Positions 40,547 to 51,400 of a stretch of 64,000 bases of DNA are shown piece by piece. The translations under genes were made by a program, and so were the position numbers. The notes below the pieces were generated by a model. It did no database searches and had not been told where the DNA came from. It worked only from the letters and a program-made list of their open reading frames with translations. The stretch's first letter is position 1, and each line of letters starts with the position of its first letter. This stretch comes from Gammaproteobacteria bacterium (GTDB lineage: Bacteria > Pseudomonadota > Gammaproteobacteria > Ga0077536), in the NCBI GenBank assembly GCA_963662545.2, contig CAXXLL010000002.1:1216001-1280000 (forward strand), given 5' to 3'.

Positions 40547-40684
40547 AAATCCCTAACAAAATTCTTACCAGAGTCGCCGCCGAGTTCTTCCATTGCCCGG
40601 TTTTTGTATGATGGGAATGAAATCGTTCTGCCTTTCGGCGCCGCCCGGAACGGTCGGCTTAGCGCTGAGGCGAGGGGAGCATTC

Positions 40685-40999
40685 ATGCTGTTGACGACAT
40701 TGGAATCGGTGCCCGGGAAGACCATCGCGAAGCATTTCGGACTGGTCCAGGGCAGCTCGGTGCGCGCGAAGCACGTCGGGCGGGACATGATGGCGGGGCT
40801 GAAGAACATTTTCGGCGGCGAGTTAAAGGGCTACACGGAGCTGCTACAGGAGTCCCGGGCCGAGGCCTTGGAGCGCCTGCAGCAACAAGCCGAGGCCGCG
40901 GGGGCTAATGCGATACTGAATATCCGCTTTTCCACCTCGTCGGTGGCCCAAGGGGCGGCGGAGATGCTTGCCTACGGGACCGCGGTCGTCTTGGAGTAG
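40685..40999 (+). CDS. YbjQ family protein
   Basis: GRDMMAGLKNIFGGELKGY, GANAIL, AYGTAV. Confidence 0.9.
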   Translation: MLLTTLESVPGKTIAKHFGLVQGSSVRAKHVGRDMMAGLKNIFGGELKGYTELLQESRAEALERLQQQAEAAGANAILNIRFSTSSVAQGAAEMLAYGTAVVLE

Positions 41000-41005
41000 C
41001 GGGCG

Positions 41006-41446
41006 ATGGAACTTCTCATATTTCTGACCCTGCTGATCCTGGGCTACATCACGGGCCGAATTGCGGAACATCGCCATTACCGGTCGATACTGGAGCGTGA
41101 AGACACGCTCCGGGGGATCCCGGCCATCGCCTCCAAGGTGTTGCCTACGGATTTCCGCGGTGACACGCGTCTGGTGACCGGCAGCGTGGTGGTTTCGGTC
41201 GATTATTTCAAACGCTTCGTGGCAGGGTTGCGCAATCTGGTGGGCGGGCGGATCACCACTTATGAGACGCTGCTGGATCGCGCTCGCCGCGAAGCCGTCC
41301 TGCGTATGAAGGCCGAGGCGAATTCACAGGGTGCGACCATGGTATTCAACGTCAAGCTCGAGACGGCTTCCATCTCCAAGGGCCGGCGGAACGCCATCGG
41401 ATCCGTGGAAGTGCTCGCTTACGGCACGGCCTTGATTCCGGGCTGA
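41006..41446 (+). CDS. YbjQ-like protein with N-terminal TM helix
   Basis: GLRNLVGGRITTYETLLDRARREA, VLAYGTA. Confidence 0.87.
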   Translation: MELLIFLTLLILGYITGRIAEHRHYRSILEREDTLRGIPAIASKVLPTDFRGDTRLVTGSVVVSVDYFKRFVAGLRNLVGGRITTYETLLDRARREAVLRMKAEANSQGATMVFNVKLETASISKGRRNAIGSVEVLAYGTALIPG

Positions 41447-41484
41447 AGGCCGCAACCCACGGAACCAATCAAGAGCGCCGCGCG

Positions 41485-42315
41485 TTGGAGTACTCCAACC
41501 CGAAACTACCGGAGGGCATTAACACCACTGAGGAGCATCCCCTCAAAGAGTTCGCGGTGCTCTCCGGGGGCGTATTGCTGTGCATCGTGGTCGTGGTGAT
41601 GGCGCTCGGCTTTTCCGCCGATCTGCTGGCCCGGCGTATTCCCTTCAGTTACGAGCAGGCGATGGTGTCGTCCTATCCGGGCAGCGTGCCGGAGAGCCAT
41701 CCCGTTGACGCGGTACTCCAGCCTCTGGCCGGGCGTATTGCCGAGGCCATGGACTTGCCGGACGACATGACCATCACGGTTCATTATCAGGATTCGGAAA
41801 TAGTCAACGCCGCCGCGACCTTCGGCGGACACATTATCCTGTACCGCGGCCTGGTGTCCCGGTTGCCCAACGAGAATGCTCTGGCCATGGTCATGGCCCA
41901 TGAGATCGCCCACATCAAGCACCGCCATCCCATTCGAAGCCTCGGCCGGGTCGCGATGGTATCGCTCTCCGTGATGGCCTTAGTAGGTATCGAGGGGGGC
42001 GATACGGCCTCGAGCGTGGTCAACGACGCGGGTGGCTTGACCTTGTTGACCTTCAGCCGCGCTCAAGAGCAGGAGGCCGACCGTGAAGCCCTGGCGGCTG
42101 TGAACAAACTGTACGGACACACCGCCGGTGCGATGGATCTCTATGAAGTGTTGCTGGAGCCTGCCAGTGAGTCCGTGGGAGAACTACCTGCCTTTATGAG
42201 CACCCATCCACTGACCCTCGATCGGATCCGAGAGCTCAAGGCCATGCAGAGGGATCTGGGCTGGTCCGCGAGCGGTACCACCCAGCCGCTGCCCGTCGGT
42301 TTGAACCGGCCGTAG
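41485..42315 (+). CDS. M48 family metallopeptidase
   Basis: VNAAA, AHEIAH, FSRAQEQEAD, STHP. Confidence 0.9.
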   Translation: MEYSNPKLPEGINTTEEHPLKEFAVLSGGVLLCIVVVVMALGFSADLLARRIPFSYEQAMVSSYPGSVPESHPVDAVLQPLAGRIAEAMDLPDDMTITVHYQDSEIVNAAATFGGHIILYRGLVSRLPNENALAMVMAHEIAHIKHRHPIRSLGRVAMVSLSVMALVGIEGGDTASSVVNDAGGLTLLTFSRAQEQEADREALAAVNKLYGHTAGAMDLYEVLLEPASESVGELPAFMSTHPLTLDRIRELKAMQRDLGWSASGTTQPLPVGLNRP

Positions 42316-42350
42316 GTCCGGGAAAAAAGGGACACACTTTCATAGTCTGG

Positions 42351-43394
42351 TCAGCCGTTACGAAAATGGGGCATGACTTCTCGTGCGAACAAAGCCATGG
42401 AGTTTCTGGCCTTCTCGGTCGGCATGCCCGCCATTTGCATCCACATGCAAAGGTGTGTGCAGCGGGTTTCTGCGGTGTAGCGCTCGATCTCTGCGATGGC
42501 GTCATCGGGTGTGCCGATGATCAACGGTGCCTGGAAGAAGGATAAGTCTTTCGCGTTGCGAAGCTGTCCGATCGGCGGGACCTCCGGCGCGGACATGACG
42601 GCCGAGCCCCATTTCATATCGTCTGCTTCTTTGTAGCGACGGTCGTAAAGCGACATCATGTAATAGAGATGTTGCTCGCAATCGTCCCATGCTTGCTCCC
42701 GGGTTTCGGCGATATATACCGCGCGGAGCTGCGCGATGTGGTGATCCTCTACGCGCTTGCCGAGCTTGACGAGTTCGTCGTCGTAGTATTGCTGCAGATC
42801 GGCGCCACCGCTTCCCGCGAGGTGGTAACCGAGGCGTGCCACCCGGCGTACTGAGTTCTCGGCCATCGCTGCGACCCAGATCGGCGGATTGGGCTGCTGG
42901 ATCGAACGCGGGCTCAACTCGATGTCCTCGAGCTGCCAGTATTTGCCATCGTAGGAGAAGCTTTCTTCGGTGAAGCATTTGTTGATGATGTCGACACCTT
43001 CAGTCAGGCGCGAGGCGCGCTGCTTGCGCGAAACTCCGAAGCTCGCGAATTCACTGAGCCAGTAGCCTTGACCCACACCGAGATCCAGACGCCCGTTCGA
43101 GATGATGTCGACCGTCGCAGCATCTTCGGCGACTCGTACCGGGTGATGGAAAGGCAGCACGATGATGAAGGTGCCAAGGCGGACGGTCGAAGTCCGTGCG
43201 GCGATTGCCGACAGGATCGGCAGCAGGCTTGGCGACCAGCCGTCTTCGGAGAAGTGATGTTCGGTGGTCCAGATCGTGTCGTAGCCGAGTTCCTCCGCAT
43301 AGACCGCCTGTTCGATATGTTCAGCGTATATCTCGTTAAACGGACGCGACCATTGTTTCGGGCTGCGGAAGGCAAGTAGCAAGCCAAAGTTCAT
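42351..43394 (-). CDS. LLM-class flavin-dependent oxidoreductase
   Basis: TEHHF, HPVRVAEDAATVDIISNGRLDLGVG. Confidence 0.92.
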   Translation of the reverse strand: MNFGLLLAFRSPKQWSRPFNEIYAEHIEQAVYAEELGYDTIWTTEHHFSEDGWSPSLLPILSAIAARTSTVRLGTFIIVLPFHHPVRVAEDAATVDIISNGRLDLGVGQGYWLSEFASFGVSRKQRASRLTEGVDIINKCFTEESFSYDGKYWQLEDIELSPRSIQQPNPPIWVAAMAENSVRRVARLGYHLAGSGGADLQQYYDDELVKLGKRVEDHHIAQLRAVYIAETREQAWDDCEQHLYYMMSLYDRRYKEADDMKWGSAVMSAPEVPPIGQLRNAKDLSFFQAPLIIGTPDDAIAEIERYTAETRCTHLCMWMQMAGMPTEKARNSMALFAREVMPHFRNG

Positions 43395-43468
43395 TGAATC
43401 TTCCTCCGGCGATCTCGGTACTGATTTTGCTAGGGGCGGTTTCTATCACCGCTGCGGTGTTTTCGGAG

Positions 43469-44869
43469 TTATCGAGATACGGCTTCGAGAGAAGATTTCT
43501 CCGCGCGAGATCCGAGCTCCGGTACCAGCTCGGGCACGCCGCTCGTATCCCGTTGTGGACTGCCGCCACACGCGTCGCGAAGCTTCGGCGCACATTCCTC
43601 GGCGAAGTATTGCATCAAGTCCTCGATCTCGTGGCCTTCGAAGCCCGCCTTCTCGAAGAGCCCGGCGAACATCAGGTCTTCGTAACCGCAGGCTTCCTTG
43701 AGCTTCATGATCTTCTCGATGAGTTCATCGGGTTTGCCGACGAGCGCGATTTCCCCCTCGATCAACATTTCGGCAGTAACGCGCTCGCCGACGGGCAGCA
43801 GCAGGCCTTCGAAGAAGGGGCCGATGTAATCGAACTGCAGTTCGAGTCCCCGCTTCAGACGCTCGCGCTCGCGCGCATCGTCACGGCCCGGCAGGATCGG
43901 ATGGATGAAGCGTGCGATCCCGACGCCGCGCCGCTTCTCGGTATCCCAACCGTAACGCAGCGCCCCGCGGCCGAGGCGGTCGGGCCACTTTGCCTTCTCC
44001 GCAGCGTCGTAGTAGATCTCGATATTTTTTGCGAGCTGGTCGTTTGCCTCGCCGACAAAATAGCCGTTGACGCCGTGTTCAGCCGCCCAGCGGATCGAGC
44101 GTGGACTGGTCAGCGGCTGCCAAAGTTGGGGGTGGGGCTTTTGTATCGGTTGCGGAAACACGCTGATTTCTTTCAGGGTCGTGGTCGTTGCAACCACCGG
44201 ATTGCCACCCGCATAACTATCAGGGCCGCCGAGCTTCAATATGTCTTCGATACCGCGCTCGACTTTCTCCTGCGCGAAATAAGCCTTCGTGTGAGCGTGA
44301 TTCCACTTGGTGTAGCGCGGTGGAATAGAGAAGTTTTCGCCGCGATGTGAGAACGAAAGCTCGGTCCAGCATTTGATAATGATCTCGAATGCTTCCTCGA
44401 AGGCCGCGCGGTTCCGTTCCTGATCCTGAATCGTCGAGCCGTAGGGCCGCCCCAGCGTCTCGTTCTCGCGCGGCTGGTAACCGCGTCCGATCCCGCATTC
44501 GACTCGGCCGCCGCTCAGCACGTCCAGCATCGCGATCTGCTCGGCGAGGCGGACTGGATGGTGCCAGGTGATGATGTTTGCAGTCTGGCCGAGGCGGATG
44601 CGATGGGTGTGGGCCGCTATGGCCGTCTCGGATAACAACGGGTTCGGCGAAAACTCGGCGCCTTCAGGCTGAAAATGGTGCTCGGTCTGAAACCAGTAGT
44701 CGTAGCCCAACTTCTCGGCGAGTATGCCCTGACGCACGTGGTTGACGGTGGTGCGTTGCGCCGCCGCGTGCGCATCCGCTAGGGATCCGTCGGAGATCGC
44801 TAATCCGTCGGCGTTGTAGATTACGGGCAGATCGCTCGAACCATTGTGGAAGCAGCCCAGCTCAAACAC
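43469..44869 (-). CDS. LLM-class flavin-dependent oxidoreductase
   Basis: TEHHF, HPVRLAEQIAMLDVLSGGRVECGIGRG, PIQKPHP. Confidence 0.92.
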   Translation of the reverse strand: MFELGCFHNGSSDLPVIYNADGLAISDGSLADAHAAAQRTTVNHVRQGILAEKLGYDYWFQTEHHFQPEGAEFSPNPLLSETAIAAHTHRIRLGQTANIITWHHPVRLAEQIAMLDVLSGGRVECGIGRGYQPRENETLGRPYGSTIQDQERNRAAFEEAFEIIIKCWTELSFSHRGENFSIPPRYTKWNHAHTKAYFAQEKVERGIEDILKLGGPDSYAGGNPVVATTTTLKEISVFPQPIQKPHPQLWQPLTSPRSIRWAAEHGVNGYFVGEANDQLAKNIEIYYDAAEKAKWPDRLGRGALRYGWDTEKRRGVGIARFIHPILPGRDDARERERLKRGLELQFDYIGPFFEGLLLPVGERVTAEMLIEGEIALVGKPDELIEKIMKLKEACGYEDLMFAGLFEKAGFEGHEIEDLMQYFAEECAPKLRDACGGSPQRDTSGVPELVPELGSRAEKSSLEAVSR

Positions 44870-44988
44870 CTTAAGATCCTCCCCTCGAAGCCTTAGGCCA
44901 TTTTATGTCCAATTAGGAGGCGCAGGCTACGCGCACCGGGCGCGGTCGCAAGATGTTAATCTGAGCTCTGGTCCAACAGGAGATCCGC

Positions 44989-45288
44989 GTGACGACAATC
45001 GTGATATTGGACATTCCGGCGACGGCCCAGACTCGCGGCGCCGTCCTGGAGACACTTCGCGAAGCGCTCGATGATACGCGAGCATTCGAGGGTTGTGAGG
45101 GCCTGGAATTGCTCGTAAACCAGGACGACGACGCGAATATCATCGTCTACGAGCGATGGCGCTCGCGCAAGGATTACGACAACTACTTCGCATGGCGGCA
45201 AAAGAGCGGGTTTTCCGCGAGTTTTCGGGCTCTGTTTCCTGGCGCGTCGACCGTTCGGAAATTCGACATCGAAAAAATCTACGACTAA
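44989..45288 (+). CDS. Antibiotic biosynthesis monooxygenase (ABM) family protein
   Basis: DTRAFEGCEG, YERWRSRKDYDNY. Confidence 0.85.
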   Translation: MTTIVILDIPATAQTRGAVLETLREALDDTRAFEGCEGLELLVNQDDDANIIVYERWRSRKDYDNYFAWRQKSGFSASFRALFPGASTVRKFDIEKIYD

Positions 45289-45374
45289 AGCGAACAATTC
45301 TTCGGCAACGGGGTACGCGCTAACAGTTGACAGTTGAACGCGTGCCTGTAAATCTTGTCCCAAGAGCCTGAATC

Positions 45375-45746
45375 ATGTTGAAACACTGCCGAATCGCCGC
45401 TTCTCTGATTGCGCTCGCTGTTGCCATCGCGCCGGTTACCTGTGTCTGCGCCGGTTGGACGGGCCTGGACGCGCCCGTAGCTGTGATCACCGATACCGCA
45501 TCCGATTGCCATTCCAACGTGCCCGCGCCGGAAGTCGCTGGTGATGAAGCCTGTCCGGGATGCGACGATGGCTCGCCGGCCGACGTATCGAAAACGCCAT
45601 TCGAACCATTCAATCCGGGCCCGTTCGCTTTAGATTTCGCTTCAAGCTTTGCGTCTGCACAAGATCGTAGTGCGACACCCGTCCACCGTCTCCGACAGTT
45701 CAGGCGGCCGACGCCGGTTAGCTTGAACGTCGTTTTGCTGATCTAG
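45375..45746 (+). CDS. Small Cys/His-containing leader protein upstream of the metal efflux operon
   Basis: Signal-like N-terminus, CVC, DCH, CPGC, C-terminal RRPTPVSLNVVLLI. Confidence 0.6.
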   Translation: MLKHCRIAASLIALAVAIAPVTCVCAGWTGLDAPVAVITDTASDCHSNVPAPEVAGDEACPGCDDGSPADVSKTPFEPFNPGPFALDFASSFASAQDRSATPVHRLRQFRRPTPVSLNVVLLI

Positions 45747-45836
45747 CCAACCCTGCCTCGTCGGCCGCGCTCATGCGCGGCTGTGAACACATCCGTTCCC
45801 GCACTTCGCCAGGGCGTAGACCCCGAGGAGGCGTTG

Positions 45837-47150
45837 ATGAGACAGCGATCACCACGCGAGCCAGCGGCTTCGCAATCGAATCGAAACATTAAGTACCGGG
45901 ATCACGGCGCGAGCTTATTGATAGCGTGCGTGGCGTCGATGCTTTGCGCCTGGAGCGCGGGGGTTACCGCCGAGTCGGTGCCGCTGACCTTCGAGGAAGC
46001 GATGGTCCTCGCGGTTTCGCGGGCCGATCCGACTTTGATCAGGCACGATGAACGCGCCGCGGCATTGGAAAACCGAGCGGTCGCCGCGGCGCAGTTGCCG
46101 GACCCCGAAGTTCTATTCGGTTTTGCCAACTGGCCGGTCGACTCGTTCGACTACGACCAGGAGCCGATGACCCAGATCCAGGCCGGCCTGCGGCAGCGCT
46201 TTCCACGCGGCGATACGCGCTCAATCCTTGGCGCCCGGCGCGAAAGTGAAGCGCAGCTTGAGCGCGCGCGACGGTCGCTGCGATTGCGCGAGATCACACG
46301 TGCGACCCGGGATGCATGGCTCGAACTCTATTACCTGTCGCACGCACGAGACGTCGTCGACGCGAGCCGCATTACAGTCGCAGAACTCGTTGACGTCGTG
46401 CAGGCGAGTTTCGCCACGGGTCTTCAAAATAATCAGGATCTGCTGCGCGCGGAACTCGAACTCAGCCTGCTCGACGATCGCGCATTCGAAATCGAGCGCC
46501 TGATCCAGCGGCGCCGTGCCGATCTGGGACGCCTGATCGGCGAACTCGACGCTTCGCGTGATGTCGCACGGGAGTTACCGTCGTGGCCCGCATTGCCGCC
46601 GCAAGAGACCATTGACGAACTGATAGTGGACCACCCAGCGGTGGCCGTGGAAGATGCAGCGATTACCGGCCGCGAACATGACGTAAGCCTGGCACACGAA
46701 CAGTACGACCCTGGCTGGGCGCTGGAAGCCGGGTATGGCATGCGCAGCGGCGGACGCGCGGATTTCGCTTCCGTGATGGTGACAGTGGAAGTGCCCATTT
46801 TCACTGATAAACGTCAGGACCGTGAGCTTGCGGCATCCGAGCAGGAACGCGCCGCCGCTATTCTTGACCGCGATGCGATTTTGCTGTCGCTTCGCCGACA
46901 GACACAACACGCTCTTGCAGATGCCGAAAGATTTACCGAGCGCGTGGCCTTATACCGCGAAATCGTCGTCGACAGAGCGGACGGTACCGCCGCGGCTGCG
47001 CTCGACGGCTACCAGAGTCAGGTCGCCGATTTTGCAGAGCTGATCCGTTCGCGACTGGCGGCGCTGGATACCGGGCTCAAGCTGAAGCGGCTGGAGGCGG
47101 ATCTTGGCAAGGCCTATGCCGAACTGGCCTATCTGTTGGGGGAGCGCTGA
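45837..47150 (+). CDS. TolC family outer-membrane protein (CusC-like)
   Basis: AQLPDP, QEPMTQ, QDLLRAELEL; first gene of the RND trio. Confidence 0.88.
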   Translation: MRQRSPREPAASQSNRNIKYRDHGASLLIACVASMLCAWSAGVTAESVPLTFEEAMVLAVSRADPTLIRHDERAAALENRAVAAAQLPDPEVLFGFANWPVDSFDYDQEPMTQIQAGLRQRFPRGDTRSILGARRESEAQLERARRSLRLREITRATRDAWLELYYLSHARDVVDASRITVAELVDVVQASFATGLQNNQDLLRAELELSLLDDRAFEIERLIQRRRADLGRLIGELDASRDVARELPSWPALPPQETIDELIVDHPAVAVEDAAITGREHDVSLAHEQYDPGWALEAGYGMRSGGRADFASVMVTVEVPIFTDKRQDRELAASEQERAAAILDRDAILLSLRRQTQHALADAERFTERVALYREIVVDRADGTAAAALDGYQSQVADFAELIRSRLAALDTGLKLKRLEADLGKAYAELAYLLGER

Positions 47151-47151
47151 C

Positions 47152-48465
47152 ATGAATCGTCTCGTCGGGTCTCTTACATTGATAGGGTTTGGCGTAGTGC
47201 TTGGAGTGGCCGCCACGCTGTTCAGAAGTGAGCTCAATCGCGGCCAAGCGATGCAAAGCGGGGAGGGTGATCCTGAGGTTCTGTATTGGGTCGCACCGAT
47301 GGATCCGAGTTTCCGGCGCGATGGTCCGGGTACTTCACCGATGGGCATGGATCTCGTTCCGGTCCATGCCCGCCAGGGTGAAGCAGGCGGCGACAACGCT
47401 GTCCGCATCGAACCATCGCTGATCAATAATCTCGGTGTCCAGACCGTGGTCGTCGAGCGCAAGGTTCTACGCGAGAAGATTCGAACCGTGGGACGGATCG
47501 AATATAACGATGAACGAGTCGCACACGTACATTTGCGTGCGTCGGGGTGGATTCGACGTCTTGCCGTGCGTGCCGAAGGTGAGCGCGTGCGGCGCGGTGA
47601 TTTGTTGTTCGAGGTGTATTCGCCGGATCTCGTCAAAGCGCAGGCCGAATTTATCCAGACGCTGAAGAGTGGCCGCAAGGAACTCATCGCGGTGACCCGT
47701 GATCGTCTTCGCGCGCTGGCTATACCGAAGTCGCTGATCGATGCACTCGAACAAAACGGCAAGGTTCAGCAGAACGTGCGCGTTTACGCGCCGAGCAGCG
47801 GCGTCGTCGCTCAACTCAACGTTGCGGACGGCAAGTTCGTCAAACCCGATTCCGACATCATGGTCATCGCTGAACTCGATCAACTGTGGTTGATCAGTGA
47901 TGTCTTCGAGTCCCATGCGGATCTGGTTGAGGTCGGTGCCCGCGTGACGGCCCGTACGGCGTTCGCGCCGGGTGAACGCATCACGACACAGGTCGAATAC
48001 ATCTATCCCAATCTCGATCCCATAACCCGCACTATTCCGGTGCGCGCGCTGATTGAGAACAAGGACGGGAGACTGAAGCCCGGGATGTTCATGACCGTGT
48101 CGATAGAGTCGGTGGCGCGGCCGCCCGCTTTGGTGATTCCCAGCACGGCGTTGATACGTACCGGGAGCGAGGAGCGGGTTATCGTTGCATACGGTGACGG
48201 GCGTTTCCGGCCCGCCGCCGTCGAGAGCGGCGCCGAGGCGGACGGCATGATTGAGATCGTCGCCGGGCTTGCAGAAGGCGAACTGGTCGTCGTCTCGGGA
48301 CAGTTCCTGATCGATTCGGAAAGTAGTTTTGCCGGCGCCAGTTTGCGATTGTCTGCGGGAACCGGAAGTGGCGAAATCATCTCCGGCGACCGTGAACATG
48401 CACAAGACCCCGCTGAGGGTGGACGTTCGCCGATCGACTTCAAACCGCCGGACCCATCACCGTGA
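47152..48465 (+). CDS. cusB: CusB-like efflux membrane fusion protein
   Basis: LYWVAPMDP..PGTSPMGMDLVP, LKPGMF, GQFLIDSES. Confidence 0.88.
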   Translation: MNRLVGSLTLIGFGVVLGVAATLFRSELNRGQAMQSGEGDPEVLYWVAPMDPSFRRDGPGTSPMGMDLVPVHARQGEAGGDNAVRIEPSLINNLGVQTVVVERKVLREKIRTVGRIEYNDERVAHVHLRASGWIRRLAVRAEGERVRRGDLLFEVYSPDLVKAQAEFIQTLKSGRKELIAVTRDRLRALAIPKSLIDALEQNGKVQQNVRVYAPSSGVVAQLNVADGKFVKPDSDIMVIAELDQLWLISDVFESHADLVEVGARVTARTAFAPGERITTQVEYIYPNLDPITRTIPVRALIENKDGRLKPGMFMTVSIESVARPPALVIPSTALIRTGSEERVIVAYGDGRFRPAAVESGAEADGMIEIVAGLAEGELVVVSGQFLIDSESSFAGASLRLSAGTGSGEIISGDREHAQDPAEGGRSPIDFKPPDPSP

Positions 48466-51400
48466 TTACAAGCGTCATTCAATGGTCGCTCGATAACCGC
48501 GTGATCGTGCTGCTGGTGTCCATGATCTTAATGGCGGCTGGTGTGTTCAGTATTCTACGCACCCCGCTCGACGCCATTCCGGATCTGTCGGACGTGCAGG
48601 TGATCATCAAGACCCCGTACCCCGGTCAGGCCCCGCAAGTGGTGGAAGACCAGGTGACCTATCCGTTGACTACCGCGATGCTGGCAGTGCCACGCGCGAT
48701 AAGCGTTCGCGGCTATTCGTTTTTCGGCGATTCCTATGTCTATGTCATTTTCGAGGACGGCACCGATCTCTATTGGGCGCGCTCGCGCGTGCTCGAATAC
48801 CTGAGCCAGGTTGCCGGCGAGCTGCCGGAATCGGCAGATCCTGAGCTGGGACCTGATGCGACCGGGGTTGGCTGGGTTTATCAGTATGCGCTCGTTGACC
48901 GCAGCGGGCGGCACAACATTGCGGATCTGACCAGCCTGCAGAACTGGTTCTTGAGGTTTGAACTGCAAAGCGTACCGGGCGTCGCCGAGGTCGCGACCAT
49001 CGGCGGCATGGTGCGCCAGTATCAGGTGACGGTCGATCCGGAAAAATTGCGGATCTTTAATTTGACCCTGACCGAAGTCCGGCGCGCCATCGTCGCTGGC
49101 AATCAGGAAGTTGGGGGATCCGTCATCGAGCTCGCCGAAGCCGAATACATGATTCGCGCGCGCGGCTATGTATCCTCAGTAGAAGATCTGGCCGCAATTC
49201 CTGTCGGCCGCCTCGCGAACGGTACGCCGGTAATGCTCGATGACATCGCGATCATCGAAATCGGACCGCAGATGCGGCGCGGGATTGGAGAACTCAATGG
49301 CGAGGGCGAAGCCGTTGGCGGCGTCATCATTATGCGCTGGGGTGAGAATGCGCTCGCGACAATCAATGCGGTCAAGCAGCGGCTCGAAATCCTGAAGCGC
49401 AGTCTGCCCCCGGGCGTCGAGGTGGTGACGACTTATGATCGTTCATCGTTGATCGAGCGCGCGGTGGCCAACCTCAAGGAAAAGCTGACGGAGGAGTTCG
49501 TCGTCGTCGCGCTGTTGTGCGCACTTTTCCTGCTGCACCTGCGATCGTCGCTGGTCATCGTCCTGACCTTGCCGCTCGGCATCTTGTGCGCTTTCATCGT
49601 CATGAATCTGCAAGGGATCAATGCCAATATCATGTCGCTAGGCGGCATCGCCATCGCTATCGGGACGATGGTGGATGGTGCGATCGTCATGCTCGAGGCG
49701 GTACACCGCCGCTTCGAGCAATCGCCGCCCGCGAACGCTGCCGACCGCTGGCGGCTGGTGGGGGAAGCGGCGCGGCAGGTCGGCCCGGCGATCTTTTACT
49801 CACTGCTTATCATTACCGTCAGCTTCATGCCGGTGTTCGCGCTTGAAGCTCAGGAGGGGCGGCTGTTCAAACCACTGGCCTTCACGAAAACCTACTCTAT
49901 GGCAGCGGCCTCAATTCTGGCGATCACCTTGGTGCCCGTACTCATGGGTTATTTCGTTTGTGGGCGCATTCTGCCGGAGCACAAAAACCCCATATCGGCG
50001 ATATTGCGGGCGGTCTATCGACCGCTCCTCACGTTCACCGCGCGTCATCCCCTCATGGTGGTGATTGTTTGCGCGGCGGTCTCCTTGACGGCAGTGGTGC
50101 CGGCCACGCGCCTGGGCGCCGAGTTCATGCCCGACCTCGATGAAGGCGACATACTCTACATGCCGAGTACGTTTCCCGGAATTTCGATCGGTAAGGTACG
50201 ACAGGTGCTGCAGCAGACCAACAAACTCATTGCTACCGTGCCGGAAGTCGATACCGTCTACGGCAAGGCGGGACGCGCCGACTCTGCAACCGATCCGGCA
50301 CCACTGACCATGATCGAATCTACCATCCGGCTCAAGCCGCGTGCCCAGTGGCGCGAAGGCATGACGACCAAGAGCATTCGGGCCGAACTCGACCGCATCG
50401 TACAGCTCCCCGGCATTTTGAATATCTGGGTGATGCCGATCAAGAACCGTATCGATATGTTGGCGACCGGCATCAAGACGCCGCTCGGCATCAAGGTCGC
50501 GGGTCCGGATCTCAAGACGATTGCGGAAATTGGCGAAGCCATCGAGCTCGCGCTCAAGGAGGTGCCGGGCACCGCCTCTGTATATGCGGAACGCGTGGTC
50601 GGCGGTCGCTACATCGAAATCGATGTGCGCCGCGAAGAAGCGGCCCGATTCGGCATGAGTGTTGCCGACGTTCAGGATATCGTGCGCTCAGCCATCGGCG
50701 GCTCGGTGATTTCCGAATCGGTCGAGGGCCTTGAACGCTATCCGATCAATCTGCGCTTCCCGCGCGATTATCGTGATTCCGTAAAGAACCTGAGGAACCT
50801 TCCGGTCGTCACTTCAAGTGGCGCGCAGGTGCGGCTGGCACGGCTTGCGAGCATCGATATCGTCGATGGGCCGCCGATGATCCGCAGTGAAGATGCACGC
50901 TTGAATGGTTGGATTTACGTCGATATCACCGGCCGCGATCTGGCGTCGTATGTCGAGGAAGCGCAACGCGTGGTGGCTGCAAAGGTCGCACTTCCCGCCG
51001 GCTATTCGCTCGGCTGGTCGGGTCAATTCCAATACATGGAAAGGGCAAAGGAACGGTTGCGCTTAATCGTGCCAGTCACGCTCGCCATTATCGTCATCAT
51101 TCTGTTCCTGGCTTTCAGGCGAGCCGCTGAGGTCTGCATGGTCCTGTTGAGCGTACCGCTCGCCTTGTCAGGTGGGATCTGGATCCTATATTTGCTCGAT
51201 TACAATCTGTCTATTGCCGTGGCCGTGGGTTTCATTGCCCTCGCGGGGCTCGCCGTCGAAACCTCGGTGGTCATGCTGGTGTTTTTGAACGAGTCGTATG
51301 AAAGTGCGATTTCCCACAGCCGTCAGGCAGGTCGCGCGCCGACAGCGGAGGAATTACGAAATGCAGTCAAAGAGGGCGCCATACTCCGCTTGCGGCCGAT

